Part shown: in pieces, positions 27,850 to 37,126 of the stretch | Layout: each line of letters begins with the position of its first letter | How positions within the stretch are numbered: position 1 is the first letter of the stretch | DNA from: Chitinivibrionales bacterium | GTDB taxonomy: Bacteria > Fibrobacterota > Chitinivibrionia > Chitinivibrionales > WJMI01 | Assembly (NCBI GenBank): GCA_014728015.1 | Contig: WJMI01000079.1 | Coordinates: 1 to 54,013, forward strand | Direction: 5' to 3' | DNA length: 54,013 nucleotides | The notes under the pieces: generated by a model | Databases searched by the model: none | What the model saw: the letters and a program-made list of their open reading frames with translations, nothing else | What the model was told of the DNA's origin: nothing | Translations under genes and position numbers: made by a program

Positions 27850-29173
27850 GAAACGCGGCATGGTGGTGTTCCCGGTCGACCCGCGCGAGCGGCCGCCATC
27901 GGTCCTCGTGACCGGCGGGCGGGTAATCGATCCGGTCAACGGCATCGACGACTACCTGACGATGGCGCTCGCCGAGGGTGTTGTTGCCGGCGTGGGCAAA
28001 GCAGCGCCCGAGGGTTTTCAGCCCGAGGTGACCATCGATGCCAAAGGCATGTGGGTGGTCCCCGGGCTCATGGACATGCACGTGCACCTGCGCGAGCCGG
28101 GAAGCGAAGACAAAGAAACGATTGCCACCGGTACCCAGGCCGCGGCCGCGGGAGGATTTACCGCGCTTGCCTGCATGCCGAATACCAATCCCGCGCTCGA
28201 TGAGGAATCCAAGATCCGCTACGTGATCCAGCGCAGCGAGCAGTGCCCGTGCAGGGTGTTCCCGGTGGGAGCGATAACCACGGACCTGGCCGGCGAGAAA
28301 CTGGCGCCGTTCGGCGAGATGGTGCGGGCGGGCGCCCGGGCGTTCAGCGATGACGGCCACTCGGTGAGAAACTCGTACATGATGCGCAATGCGTTCAACT
28401 ATTCCAAGTCGTTCGGCGTGCCGCTGATATGCCACTGCGAAGATCATACGCTTACCGGCAACCGCCATATGAACGAGAGCGCCATGTCGACCCGGCTGGG
28501 CATACGCGGCATCCCGTCAATCGCCGAAGAGATAATCGTGGCGCGCGATATCATGATTGCGGAATATACCGGCGCGCGCGTGCATATCGCCCATGTCACC
28601 ACTGCGGGGGCGGTGCACATCGTGCGCGAGGCCAAGGCGCGGGGCGCCGCGGTCACCTGCGAAACCTGCCCGCACTACTTCACATTTGTCGATGAGGACC
28701 TTGCGACCTACGACACCAACAAGAAGATGAACCCGCCCCTGCGCACGCCGCGCGACCGACAGGCGGTTATCGACGGGCTCGCCGACGGCACCATCGACGT
28801 GATTGCCAGCGATCACGCGCCGCACTGCGCCGAAGAAAAAGACGTGGAGTTCGCCGCCGCCGCGTTCGGGGTTATCGGGCTCGAGACATCGCTTGCCGCC
28901 GCAATCACGCGCCTGATCGACACCGGCGCGCTCATGCCGTCCGACCTGGTCGAGAAAATGAGCGTGGCGCCCAACCGCATACTCAACCTCGACGGCGGCG
29001 CGCTTTCAAGGTCCGCGCCGGCTGATGTCACCATTATCGATCCGTCGGCACAATGGACGGTCGATCCCTCGGCGTTCTTCTCCAAGAGCCGCAACGCGCC
29101 GTTCGCCGGCATGGCCATGCGCGGTCGCGCGCACGCCACGATCCTCGGCGGCCGCCCGGTGTTCTCCCGCTGA
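27842..29173 (+). CDS. pyrC: Dihydroorotase
   Basis: The metal-binding motif is DMHVHLREPG, and the amidohydrolase pattern follows. The GTG start at 27842 has GGAGG 8 nt upstream and overlaps the pyrB end by 8 nt. Confidence 0.92.
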   Translation: MPEKRGMVVFPVDPRERPPSVLVTGGRVIDPVNGIDDYLTMALAEGVVAGVGKAAPEGFQPEVTIDAKGMWVVPGLMDMHVHLREPGSEDKETIATGTQAAAAGGFTALACMPNTNPALDEESKIRYVIQRSEQCPCRVFPVGAITTDLAGEKLAPFGEMVRAGARAFSDDGHSVRNSYMMRNAFNYSKSFGVPLICHCEDHTLTGNRHMNESAMSTRLGIRGIPSIAEEIIVARDIMIAEYTGARVHIAHVTTAGAVHIVREAKARGAAVTCETCPHYFTFVDEDLATYDTNKKMNPPLRTPRDRQAVIDGLADGTIDVIASDHAPHCAEEKDVEFAAAAFGVIGLETSLAAAITRLIDTGALMPSDLVEKMSVAPNRILNLDGGALSRSAPADVTIIDPSAQWTVDPSAFFSKSRNAPFAGMAMRGRAHATILGGRPVFSR

Positions 29174-29249
29174 TCCCGCCCCGACCCGTCAATGTATTTT
29201 CGTTTTCTCGCCTCTCTGTTGTACCATCAACGCGAAGGAATGATGCGGT

Positions 29250-30407
29250 ATGGTTTCTCACGCGCGTGATCTCTTTACAAAATCTTTCGGGAGCGATCCG
29301 CAGAGCGTATCACGCGCGCCCGGACGCGTCGAGGTGCTCGGGAACCACACGGATTACAATGAAGGGTACGTGCTGTCGTGTTCCATCGACCGTGCCGTGT
29401 TCGCGGCGGCATCGCGCAGCAGTGACGAGGACGGGTTCGGGTTCGTATCGTCGCAGTTCCCCGAGGTGGTCCGTGTCGGGGATCCGGCGCGCAAGAGCGA
29501 ACAGAAGTGGATAGCCTATCCGCTGGGCGTGTATGCGGTGCTGAAGCAGGGCGGATATCCGGTCGGCCCGTTCAGGCTGGCGGTGCACGGAGACATACCG
29601 ATAGGCGGCGGGCTGTCGTCGTCGGCCGCGCTCGAGGTCTCCACCGCGCTCTGCCTGGGCGATCTGTTCGGTTTCGAGATAGAGCCCGTGGACATGGCCA
29701 AGATCTGCCAGCGCGCGGAGAATGAGTTTGTGGGCGCCAACTGCGGCCTGCTCGACCAGTTCTCATCGCTTTTGGCCGAAAAGAACCGGTTGCTGTTCAT
29801 CGATTTCCGTTCTCTCTCGTACCGGACCATCCCGCTGCCCGCCGACAACATCTGTGTGGCCGTCACGATGTCCGGCGTGACCCATACCCTGGCCGAATCG
29901 GCATACAATGACCGGCGGCGGGAGTGCGCGGCCGCGGCAGACTATTTTGCATCGGTAAACCCCAACGTAAAGACGCTCCGGGACGTGACCATGGACATGA
30001 TCGTGGCGCATCAGGACCGGCTCGAACCGGATACCCTGAAGCGCGCGCGCCATGTCGTCGGCGAAAACGAACGCGTGTTGTCCGGCATCGGGCATCTGGA
30101 GCAGGGAGCGCTGCGGGAATTCGGACGCATCCTTTACCGGTCGCACGAAAGCTCGCGGCTCAACTTCGAGAACTCATGCGATGAGCTCGATACCCTGGTC
30201 GGTATTGCCCGCACGGTTGAAGGCGTCTACGGATCGCGCCTGACCGGCGGCGGGTTCGGCGGCGCGACCCTGGCCATCCTCGACATCGCCGCCAAGGAGC
30301 GCTTCGAAAAGACCATCATCGCGGAGTATAAAAAAGCCACCGGACGCGACACGGTCGTGCATTTCGCATCGGTCGCCGAGGGGGCCGGAATGGTGAATGA
30401 AGCGTGA
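29250..30407 (+). CDS. galK: Galactokinase
   Basis: The galactokinase signature is GRVEVLGNHTDYNEGYV, and the GHMP ATP loop is PIGGGLSSSAALEV. Confidence 0.92.
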   Translation: MVSHARDLFTKSFGSDPQSVSRAPGRVEVLGNHTDYNEGYVLSCSIDRAVFAAASRSSDEDGFGFVSSQFPEVVRVGDPARKSEQKWIAYPLGVYAVLKQGGYPVGPFRLAVHGDIPIGGGLSSSAALEVSTALCLGDLFGFEIEPVDMAKICQRAENEFVGANCGLLDQFSSLLAEKNRLLFIDFRSLSYRTIPLPADNICVAVTMSGVTHTLAESAYNDRRRECAAAADYFASVNPNVKTLRDVTMDMIVAHQDRLEPDTLKRARHVVGENERVLSGIGHLEQGALREFGRILYRSHESSRLNFENSCDELDTLVGIARTVEGVYGSRLTGGGFGGATLAILDIAAKERFEKTIIAEYKKATGRDTVVHFASVAEGAGMVNEA

Positions 30408-30423
30408 CCGGAAAAACACCGGG

Positions 30424-31062
30424 CTACATCGGGACAAACGCGTTGTACACCCGGAGGATTTCCCTCAGGGCTTTTTCTGGCTCCTCTGTCTGGTTGAGCG
30501 GGCGCACCATAGCAAAGTTCTTCGCGCCGGTCTCGAGAATCTGCGGCAGGTTTTCAGTGGTGATTGATCCCAAAACCACGGCAGGCACCGTGGCCAGGGA
30601 GAGCATTTCCCGCATGCCGTCGGTGCCAATCGGGGTATCGCGTATTTCCTTGGTTGGTGTGGCGAACACCGGTCCCACGCCGACATAATCGGGTTTGAGG
30701 GCGCAGGCCTCGCGGGTCTGCGCCGGCGTGTGCGTGGAGATGCCCACGATGCTCCGGTCGCCCACCGTGCTTCGGGCATCCGCGTAGGGCGTGTCGCTCT
30801 GCCCGACATGGACACCGTCGGCGCCAACCTGCGCGGCGATGTCCGGGTGGTCGTTCACGATGAACCGCGTGACGCCCCGCGCGGTGATCTTCCTGAGCTT
30901 CGCGGCCATGCGCGCGATATCGTCCTTGGGCACGTTTTTCATGCGGAGCTGGACAAACGCTATTCCGTTGTCCACGCACAGACGCGCGCAGTACTCGTAT
31001 CCCGCGGCGGGGTTGGTGAGTATCGCGTAAAACCCGAAATGATGCGGCACGGCTGCGGCCAT
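30424..31062 (-). CDS. thiE: Thiamine-phosphate synthase
   Basis: The ThiE pattern is present (FGFYAILTN..., GADGVHVGQSD, GVGPVFATPTK). ATG 31062 (AAGGA upstream) is preferred over the track TTG 31107. Confidence 0.88.
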   Translation of the reverse strand: MAAAVPHHFGFYAILTNPAAGYEYCARLCVDNGIAFVQLRMKNVPKDDIARMAAKLRKITARGVTRFIVNDHPDIAAQVGADGVHVGQSDTPYADARSTVGDRSIVGISTHTPAQTREACALKPDYVGVGPVFATPTKEIRDTPIGTDGMREMLSLATVPAVVLGSITTENLPQILETGAKNFAMVRPLNQTEEPEKALREILRVYNAFVPM

Positions 31063-31133
31063 GGAGATGTCCTTTTGTCGGGCAAATATAACATGCCGTC
31101 GTGTCAATCACAAGCGAAAATTGCGTGAGCAAC

Positions 31134-31997
31134 TCAGGTCACGCGGTACCCGTCCCGTGTTTTTTGCAAAAACCCTTCACGCGCGAGCGCCTCGAGGATG
31201 CGGCGCAGCCGCGCGGGCTTCACCGAAAGCGCGCGCGCACCACGCGCCACGGTTACCGGGCCTCCCTGGAGGGCGTATTGCAGGATCCGCCCGCGCACGT
31301 GCCGGTCGCTGCCTTCAAACGGCTTCTGCCTCACATGATGCGCGCTTCTTCGCGAAGGATTTCCATGCGTGCGCTTGAGCGCGGCCCCGTAATCCATGAG
31401 CGCGTTGTACCACCGCGACGGGGATGCGCGGTCGAGCGTCTGTTCCACGAGGGGTGCGATGCGCGCATCCGGGACCGCCTTACTTCGCGGGAAGAAATGA
31501 TGGATGAACACGGTCCGGATATTCGTCTCGATGAACACGGCCGGGGCATCAAAAGCAAAGGCGGTTATCGATGCGGCGGTTGCCGGCCCGATGCCCGGCA
31601 GGAGACGAAGGATTTCCGGATCGCGAGGAAGCCTGCCCCGGTACTTGTCGCGCACTTCGCGGGCGCACCGGTGAAGCATCAGCGCGCGGCGGTTGTAGCC
31701 GAGGCCCTGCCACGCCGCAAGGACCTGCGCGGTGGATGCCCCGGCCAGGGCGGCAAAGCTCGGAAATGCCCTGATGAAGCCGGGGTACTTCTGCGCGACC
31801 CGGTCGGCCCGGGTCTGCTGCAGCATTATCTCTGAAACGACCACCCGGTACGGCGACACATTCTTTCGCCACGGCAGGTCGCGTCTCGCGTGCGCGTATA
31901 CGGCGCGGCGGAACGCTTTCCGGTCTTCGGGCCCAAGCTTCCGGTGGCGCATGCGCTTCCTTGTCGGACGGGGGACCCGTCCCGATACCTCATTCAT
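31134..31997 (-). CDS. HhH-GPD DNA glycosylase, MutY/Nth-like, lacking the 4-Cys Fe-S loop; C-terminal winged-helix-like tail
   Basis: MutY-like motifs are RDLPWR..PYRVVVSEIMLQQT, WQGLGYNRRA and LPGIGPATA. The region after ALMDYGA contains no cysteine cluster. The start overlaps the upstream stop (ATGA). Confidence 0.7.
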   Translation of the reverse strand: MNEVSGRVPRPTRKRMRHRKLGPEDRKAFRRAVYAHARRDLPWRKNVSPYRVVVSEIMLQQTRADRVAQKYPGFIRAFPSFAALAGASTAQVLAAWQGLGYNRRALMLHRCAREVRDKYRGRLPRDPEILRLLPGIGPATAASITAFAFDAPAVFIETNIRTVFIHHFFPRSKAVPDARIAPLVEQTLDRASPSRWYNALMDYGAALKRTHGNPSRRSAHHVRQKPFEGSDRHVRGRILQYALQGGPVTVARGARALSVKPARLRRILEALAREGFLQKTRDGYRVT

Positions 31998-32323
31998 GCC
32001 ACGGCATCTATCTTTGCGGCGACAATAAAATCGTTCTCGGACAGGCCGAGAATGGCATGCGTGTACACCTCGACGTGCACTTTCCGGTAGTAGATGTGGA
32101 TGTCGGGATGATGTCCTTCACGCTCGGCGATCTGAGCTACCTTCTCCGCGAACGCCATCGCGCCCCTGAACCCGCTGAATTCGAAGCTCTTTGCGAGCTT
32201 GTGTATTCCGCTCCTGTCCAGCCGCCAGCCTTTCAGCCTGGCCAGCAGGTCCTGTTCCCCGGCTGCTCCCAGGGGCGGCGCGCTGCCGTCGCACGGCACA
32301 CAGTGTTTCTGTTGCAGATCCAT
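31994..32323 (-). CDS. 4a-hydroxytetrahydrobiopterin dehydratase (PCD/PhhB family)
   Basis: The sequence EGHHPDIHIYYRKVHVEVYTHA is characteristic of PCD. The start is ATG 32323, with GGGGAGG upstream. The product is 109 aa. Confidence 0.85.
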   Translation of the reverse strand: MDLQQKHCVPCDGSAPPLGAAGEQDLLARLKGWRLDRSGIHKLAKSFEFSGFRGAMAFAEKVAQIAEREGHHPDIHIYYRKVHVEVYTHAILGLSENDFIVAAKIDAVA

Positions 32324-32537
32324 GGCAACCTCCCCTCTTTCACGCGCGGTCCGGCATATCTGCCGCCGTTTTGCGCTCACCACAAACTCCACCGGATTAC
32401 GGGCAGCGGGAAAGGATGTTTCGGCCGTATATCATGAAACATGATAAGCCGTTACACGCATTGTCGGAGGGGCAGTAAATAAGTATTTTTCAACAATCCG
32501 GGCGGCTGTCACCATTTGGCATTGCGAGGGAACCCGT

Positions 32538-34367
32538 ATGTGCGGCATTGTAGGCTACATCGGGAAACGCAAGGCGTATCCGATTCTCATGGAGGGCCTG
32601 AGCGCCCTGGAGTACCGCGGGTATGACAGCGCCGGCATCGCGATTGTCGACAGGGCCAGGTTCGCTGTCCACAAGGTCAAGGGCAAGGTCGATGCACTCA
32701 AGGAGCAGACCAAGGGCAAAAGGCTTAACGGGACAATCGGGGTGGCGCACACGCGCTGGGCCACCCATGGCGCACCGTCGCAGGCAAACGCCCATCCCCA
32801 CAAAGATGCATCCGGCAGAATCGCCCTGGTCCACAACGGGATCATCGAGAACTACACCACGCTGAAACAGAAGCTTGTCAATGACGGCGTAACGTTTCGC
32901 AGCGAGACCGACACCGAGGTCCTGGCGCAGCTTATCGGCAAGTATTACACCAACGGCGATCTTGCCAAGGCAGTCAGGCGGGCGCTGGCCGAGGTCGAAG
33001 GCACATTCGGCATTGCGGTACTCGCCCAGGACAATCCCACGGTTCTGGTCGGCGCCCGGAAGGGCTCGCCTCTGGTAGTCGGCATAGGCGATGACGAGTA
33101 CATTCTCGCCTCGGACACGTCCGCCATCGTGCGCCACACCAATCAAGTTATTTACCTGAAAGACAACAACCTCGTGGTGCTGAGCGCTGACGGCTATTCC
33201 ACCACTACGCTTGATAATCGGCATGTGTCCTGCGAGGTACAGACCCTCGAGTACGGGGCCGAGGCGCTTGCCAAGGACGCGTACGACCATTTCATGCTCA
33301 AGGAGATCATGGAGCAGCCCGAGACCATTCGCAACGCCATGCGCGGCAGGCTGCTGGTGGACGACGGCGCGGCGCGGCTTGACGGGCTCAACCTGGTGCT
33401 CAACGAGCTTCGCCGGATAGACAGGTTGATCCTGGTCGCGTGCGGCACGAGCTGGCATGCGGCGCTCGCCGGAGAGTATATCATCGAAGACATGGCGGGG
33501 ATTCCGGTCGAGGTTGAATACGCATCCGAGTTTCGCTACAGAAATCCGATTATCGGGCCCAATACTCTCGTGTTTGTCATCAGCCAGTCCGGGGAGACGG
33601 CCGACACCCTGGCCGCGCTTCGCGAGGCGGCCCACAAGGGAGCGACGGTTTTGGGCATCTGCAATGTCGTGGGGTCGAGTATCGCGCGCGAGACCCACGG
33701 CGGCGTGTACCTCCACGCCGGCCCCGAAATCGGCGTGGCATCCACCAAGGCGTTTACGTCGCAGATAACCGTGCTGAGCCTGCTCATGATTCTTCTGGGG
33801 CGCATGCGACGAATCTCAAGCAGCGACGGGGTTTCGTTTGCCAGGGCGTTGAGCAGGATCCCGGGGCAGGTCGAAAAGATCCTGAAACAAAACGATGCGG
33901 TCAAGAAGATTGCCAGGATTTACGCGCGGCACAATAATTTCCTGTATCTGGGCCGGTCGTATAATTTCCCGGTCGCGCTCGAAGGAGCGCTCAAGCTGAA
34001 GGAGATTTCGTATGTGCACGCTGAGGGGTACGCGGCCGCGGAGATGAAGCACGGGCCTATCGCGCTTATCGACAGGGACATGCCTTCGGTGGTGATTGCC
34101 ATTCGCGACAGCGTATACGACAAGGTGATAACCAACATGCAGGAGATTCGCGCGCGCGGCGGCAAGATAATCGCCGTGGCCACCGAAGGCGACAAGAGCA
34201 TCGCGCGTCATGCCGACCACGTGCTGTATATCCCCAAGACATTGCCTATCTTCTCTCCGCTTCTGACGGTCATTCCGCTGCAGCTTCTCGCGTATCACAT
34301 CGCGGCGCTGCGCGGCTGCGAAATAGATCAGCCCCGGAACCTGGCAAAGAGTGTTACCGTTGAATAA
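32538..34367 (+). CDS. glmS: Glutamine--fructose-6-phosphate aminotransferase
   Basis: It has the N-terminal MCGIVGY, two SIS domains and the C-terminal ...AKSVTVE. Confidence 0.97.
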   Translation: MCGIVGYIGKRKAYPILMEGLSALEYRGYDSAGIAIVDRARFAVHKVKGKVDALKEQTKGKRLNGTIGVAHTRWATHGAPSQANAHPHKDASGRIALVHNGIIENYTTLKQKLVNDGVTFRSETDTEVLAQLIGKYYTNGDLAKAVRRALAEVEGTFGIAVLAQDNPTVLVGARKGSPLVVGIGDDEYILASDTSAIVRHTNQVIYLKDNNLVVLSADGYSTTTLDNRHVSCEVQTLEYGAEALAKDAYDHFMLKEIMEQPETIRNAMRGRLLVDDGAARLDGLNLVLNELRRIDRLILVACGTSWHAALAGEYIIEDMAGIPVEVEYASEFRYRNPIIGPNTLVFVISQSGETADTLAALREAAHKGATVLGICNVVGSSIARETHGGVYLHAGPEIGVASTKAFTSQITVLSLLMILLGRMRRISSSDGVSFARALSRIPGQVEKILKQNDAVKKIARIYARHNNFLYLGRSYNFPVALEGALKLKEISYVHAEGYAAAEMKHGPIALIDRDMPSVVIAIRDSVYDKVITNMQEIRARGGKIIAVATEGDKSIARHADHVLYIPKTLPIFSPLLTVIPLQLLAYHIAALRGCEIDQPRNLAKSVTVE

Positions 34368-34403
34368 GATGCTCGTGCGTACGGAGGCGGGAGACAGCCC
34401 GCG

Positions 34404-35159
34404 ATGAAACCCAAACAGGAATACAGCGTCAAGCTCGATCTGTTCGAGGGCCCGCTCGATCTCCTGCTGTATCTTGTCACGAGGGCCGAAGTCGCGATCG
34501 CCGATATCCCGGTGGCGGCGATCGCCAAGCAGTATCTCGACTATCTCGACCTGATTCGCGAGCTGAACATCGAAATCGCCAGCGAATACCTGTCCATGGC
34601 GGCCACGCTGACCCGCCTGAAGGCCCGCGAGGTGCTGGGGGTCGAAGATGACGAGGTGCTGGAGGGCGCCGAAGACGAGATTTACACGCGCCAGCAGCTC
34701 ATCGAAAAACTCCTGGAATACAAGAAATACAAGGAGGCCGCCGGCTCGCTTCGAACATACGAGTCCGAGCGCTACGGCAGTTTCCCGCGGGGCAAGGCCG
34801 AAGAGGTCGAGGTGCAGGACGACGAGCAGCAGGTGAGTCTGGGGTCGGTCGGCATCTTCGACCTGATAAGCGCGTTCAAACGGATTGTCGAGCGCGCCGG
34901 CCGGGAAGAGCAGGGGCAGCACTCGATCACGCCGGACACGGTCAAGCTTGACGATCGTATCGAACGCGTGCTGGGCGTCCTGCAGGACCAGGACGAAGTC
35001 CCGTTCGAGGCGCTGTTCGAAGACGATATGCGGCGGATCGTGCTGGTCGTGACATTCATGGCCATTCTCGAGCTGGTCAAGATGCGGAAAATCGCGTTCC
35101 GCCAGGAGGAGGTGTTCGGTCGGATTTTCGTGCGAAGCTGCATCGATCTGAGCGACTGA
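34404..35159 (+). CDS. scpA: Segregation and condensation protein A
   Basis: The kleisin ScpA N-terminal motif LDLFEGPLDLLLYLV is present. The product is 251 aa. Confidence 0.9.
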   Translation: MKPKQEYSVKLDLFEGPLDLLLYLVTRAEVAIADIPVAAIAKQYLDYLDLIRELNIEIASEYLSMAATLTRLKAREVLGVEDDEVLEGAEDEIYTRQQLIEKLLEYKKYKEAAGSLRTYESERYGSFPRGKAEEVEVQDDEQQVSLGSVGIFDLISAFKRIVERAGREEQGQHSITPDTVKLDDRIERVLGVLQDQDEVPFEALFEDDMRRIVLVVTFMAILELVKMRKIAFRQEEVFGRIFVRSCIDLSD

Positions 35160-35203
35160 TGCCGGCGGTGCATCGAATGACAACACGGTACAAGGAAAGT
35201 CAT

Positions 35204-36070
35204 ATGAGCGAAAAGGAACAGACGACCGAGACCAGGCAGGAAGACAGCGGTGTCCTTTCGGAGGAGGCGCGCGTGCTTGAGGCGCTGCTGTTTGCCTCCG
35301 ACGAGGTCCTTACCCCGGCGGCGCTCAAGGGCCTTATCCCGGGCGGCCCGGATGCGCGGGCCGTGCGCAAGCTTGCCGCCGAGGTGAATATGCATCTCCA
35401 GAAGCAGCGCCATCCGTTCGAGATTGTCGAGCTGGGCGGCGGCTATCAGTTCAGGACAATCGCGTACTACCGCCCCTGGGTCGGCAAACTTCTGAAAGAA
35501 AAGACCACGCGCAAGTTGTCGCTGCAGGCCCTGGAATGTCTGGCGATTATCGCGTACAAGCAGCCGATTACCAAGGCGGAGATCGAGGCAATTCGCGGGG
35601 TTATTTCCGACGGCGCCATGAAGACGCTTCTGGAACGGCGCATGGCGACTATCGTCGGGCGAAGCGACAAGCCCGGGCGCCCCCTGCTCTACGGCACGTC
35701 AAAGGAATTCCTGGAGTACTTCGGGATAAACAAGCTCAGCGACCTGCCGCGTATCGAGGAGTTCGAGGCCATGGCCCGCGAGAAAATGGATCAGCTCAGC
35801 GAAGAGGAACAGGCCATGCTCGAGGCCGCGCCTGACGACACCGAAGAACTGGAGCAGGAAAGCGGCGAAGCCGCATCTGATAACGCGCCGCAACCCGGTG
35901 GTGAGGATCCCGGGGAATTCGCAGAAGAACGTCAGGCGGATGCCGAGAACGCTGAAGAAAGCACTTCTGCAGAACGAGAGGCATCAGAAGACGAGCCAGC
36001 CCTGCGTGAAGGAGATACCGGCGCGCAGCGAGGCAACGAAAGCCAAGGCGGTTCAAAGGACAGTGCCTGA
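35204..36070 (+). CDS. scpB: Segregation and condensation protein B with long acidic C-terminal tail
   Basis: ScpB motifs are LEALLFASDEVL, IVELGGGYQFRT and AIIAYKQPITKAEIE. ATG 35204 has AAGGAA upstream. An alternative ATG at 35159 overlaps the scpA stop. Confidence 0.88.
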   Translation: MSEKEQTTETRQEDSGVLSEEARVLEALLFASDEVLTPAALKGLIPGGPDARAVRKLAAEVNMHLQKQRHPFEIVELGGGYQFRTIAYYRPWVGKLLKEKTTRKLSLQALECLAIIAYKQPITKAEIEAIRGVISDGAMKTLLERRMATIVGRSDKPGRPLLYGTSKEFLEYFGINKLSDLPRIEEFEAMAREKMDQLSEEEQAMLEAAPDDTEELEQESGEAASDNAPQPGGEDPGEFAEERQADAENAEESTSAEREASEDEPALREGDTGAQRGNESQGGSKDSA

Positions 36071-36180
36071 TAGATGCACTCAGATAGGGGGCCACGCATG
36101 GACGGAGGTAACTATATAACCCGGCATCGAAGCCGGTTGATTGTACAGTTATCTCCGCACCTGATTCCCGACGCCTGCTC

Positions 36181-37065
36181 CTACTGCCTGATCACCACGC
36201 GCGCCGACCGGTTGCCGCCGGTGTCGGTGACCCGTACCACGTACACGCCCGGCTGAATGCCCGCCTGAAGCGCCACGCACCCGTCACGCAACCGCCACCC
36301 CGAACGGACGTTGGAGCCGTCCGCAGCAAACACGGATGCGCGCGCGATGGATGCGCCGCGGAGTTTCACCAGCGCGGCGCCGTGCACGTGACGCACTTCC
36401 ATGCCGGCGCCCGCGGGACGGATACTGGTGCGCCGTCCGGCGCGGCTTGCGCCGAACCACTCGTCACTGTCCCACCACTCCGGCTTGTCAAATTCATCGC
36501 CTTCGGCCACGATGTACGTGGTCCAGCGGACCGTAATCGGCAGATACAGGCTGACATCGGGATGCCCCTCCCATCCCGACCAGCTCGATGCAATCGGTTT
36601 TGAGCATGCCGAGCCTCCCTCCTTGAGTACCGCCTGCGGATAGCCCGTGCCCATGATACTCCAGTCGGCCGTGCCGTATGTCCACCAGGGAAGCTCCTGC
36701 TCGTGCCAGTACACCGCGGGGAACGGGAAGTCGCTGCAGTTGTGACACATGTGCCACTGGGTGCCGTTGCCCGAGCCGGGCGGGTTGTCTTTATTCAGGC
36801 ACATCTGGAACGCCGAGTTCATGTGCGGTTCGGGCATGGAGTGGATCTCGTAGCGGACGTATGATTTCCCGTTGGCGTAGTTGGGGCTTGTCCAGTCCTC
36901 GGGCACCGAGTCGGAGAACTGGAGGTTCATGTGAGATTCCCACCCGTTGTACGGCGGGTTGTCCTGAATGGAAAACTCGAAGACCGTATCGATAAGCAGG
37001 AACTGCTCTGCGGAGGCGGCAACGACCGCGGCGAGGAGCATTGCACAAAAAGAGGAGAGCTTCAT
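36181..37065 (-). CDS. Secreted protein of unknown function with T9SS C-terminal sorting domain (paralog 1)
   Basis: The signal peptide is MLLAAVVAASA/EQ. It has a ~190-aa Cys/Trp-rich N-domain. The CTD reads SVFAADGSNVRSGWRLRDGCVALQAGIQPGVYVVRVTDTGGNRSARVVIRQ. Confidence 0.8.
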   Translation of the reverse strand: MKLSSFCAMLLAAVVAASAEQFLLIDTVFEFSIQDNPPYNGWESHMNLQFSDSVPEDWTSPNYANGKSYVRYEIHSMPEPHMNSAFQMCLNKDNPPGSGNGTQWHMCHNCSDFPFPAVYWHEQELPWWTYGTADWSIMGTGYPQAVLKEGGSACSKPIASSWSGWEGHPDVSLYLPITVRWTTYIVAEGDEFDKPEWWDSDEWFGASRAGRRTSIRPAGAGMEVRHVHGAALVKLRGASIARASVFAADGSNVRSGWRLRDGCVALQAGIQPGVYVVRVTDTGGNRSARVVIRQ

Positions 37066-37126
37066 GGGTGTCCTCCGTCAAGGATTGAATTCGCGGACAA
37101 CCGGCCCTCCATACGGGATGCCGGCG

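Noticed and set aside
32324-32537. glmS ribozyme or TPP riboswitch in the spacer flanked by glmS and the thiE-containing operon
   Set aside because: Neither the conserved glmS ribozyme core nor the TPP CUGAGA / ACCUGAUCUGGAUAAUGCCAGCG-type strings are present on the relevant strands.
33816-35186. 456-aa minus-strand ORF (also 32490..33716, 408 aa)
   Set aside because: It is antisense to glmS and scpA, both confidently identified. There are no motifs and the composition is biased.
36121-36136. Short hairpin ccggc-atcgaa-gccgg between the convergent scpB and the T9SS cargo gene as a terminator
   Set aside because: The stem is only 5 bp and there is no flanking U/A tract. That is too weak to call.
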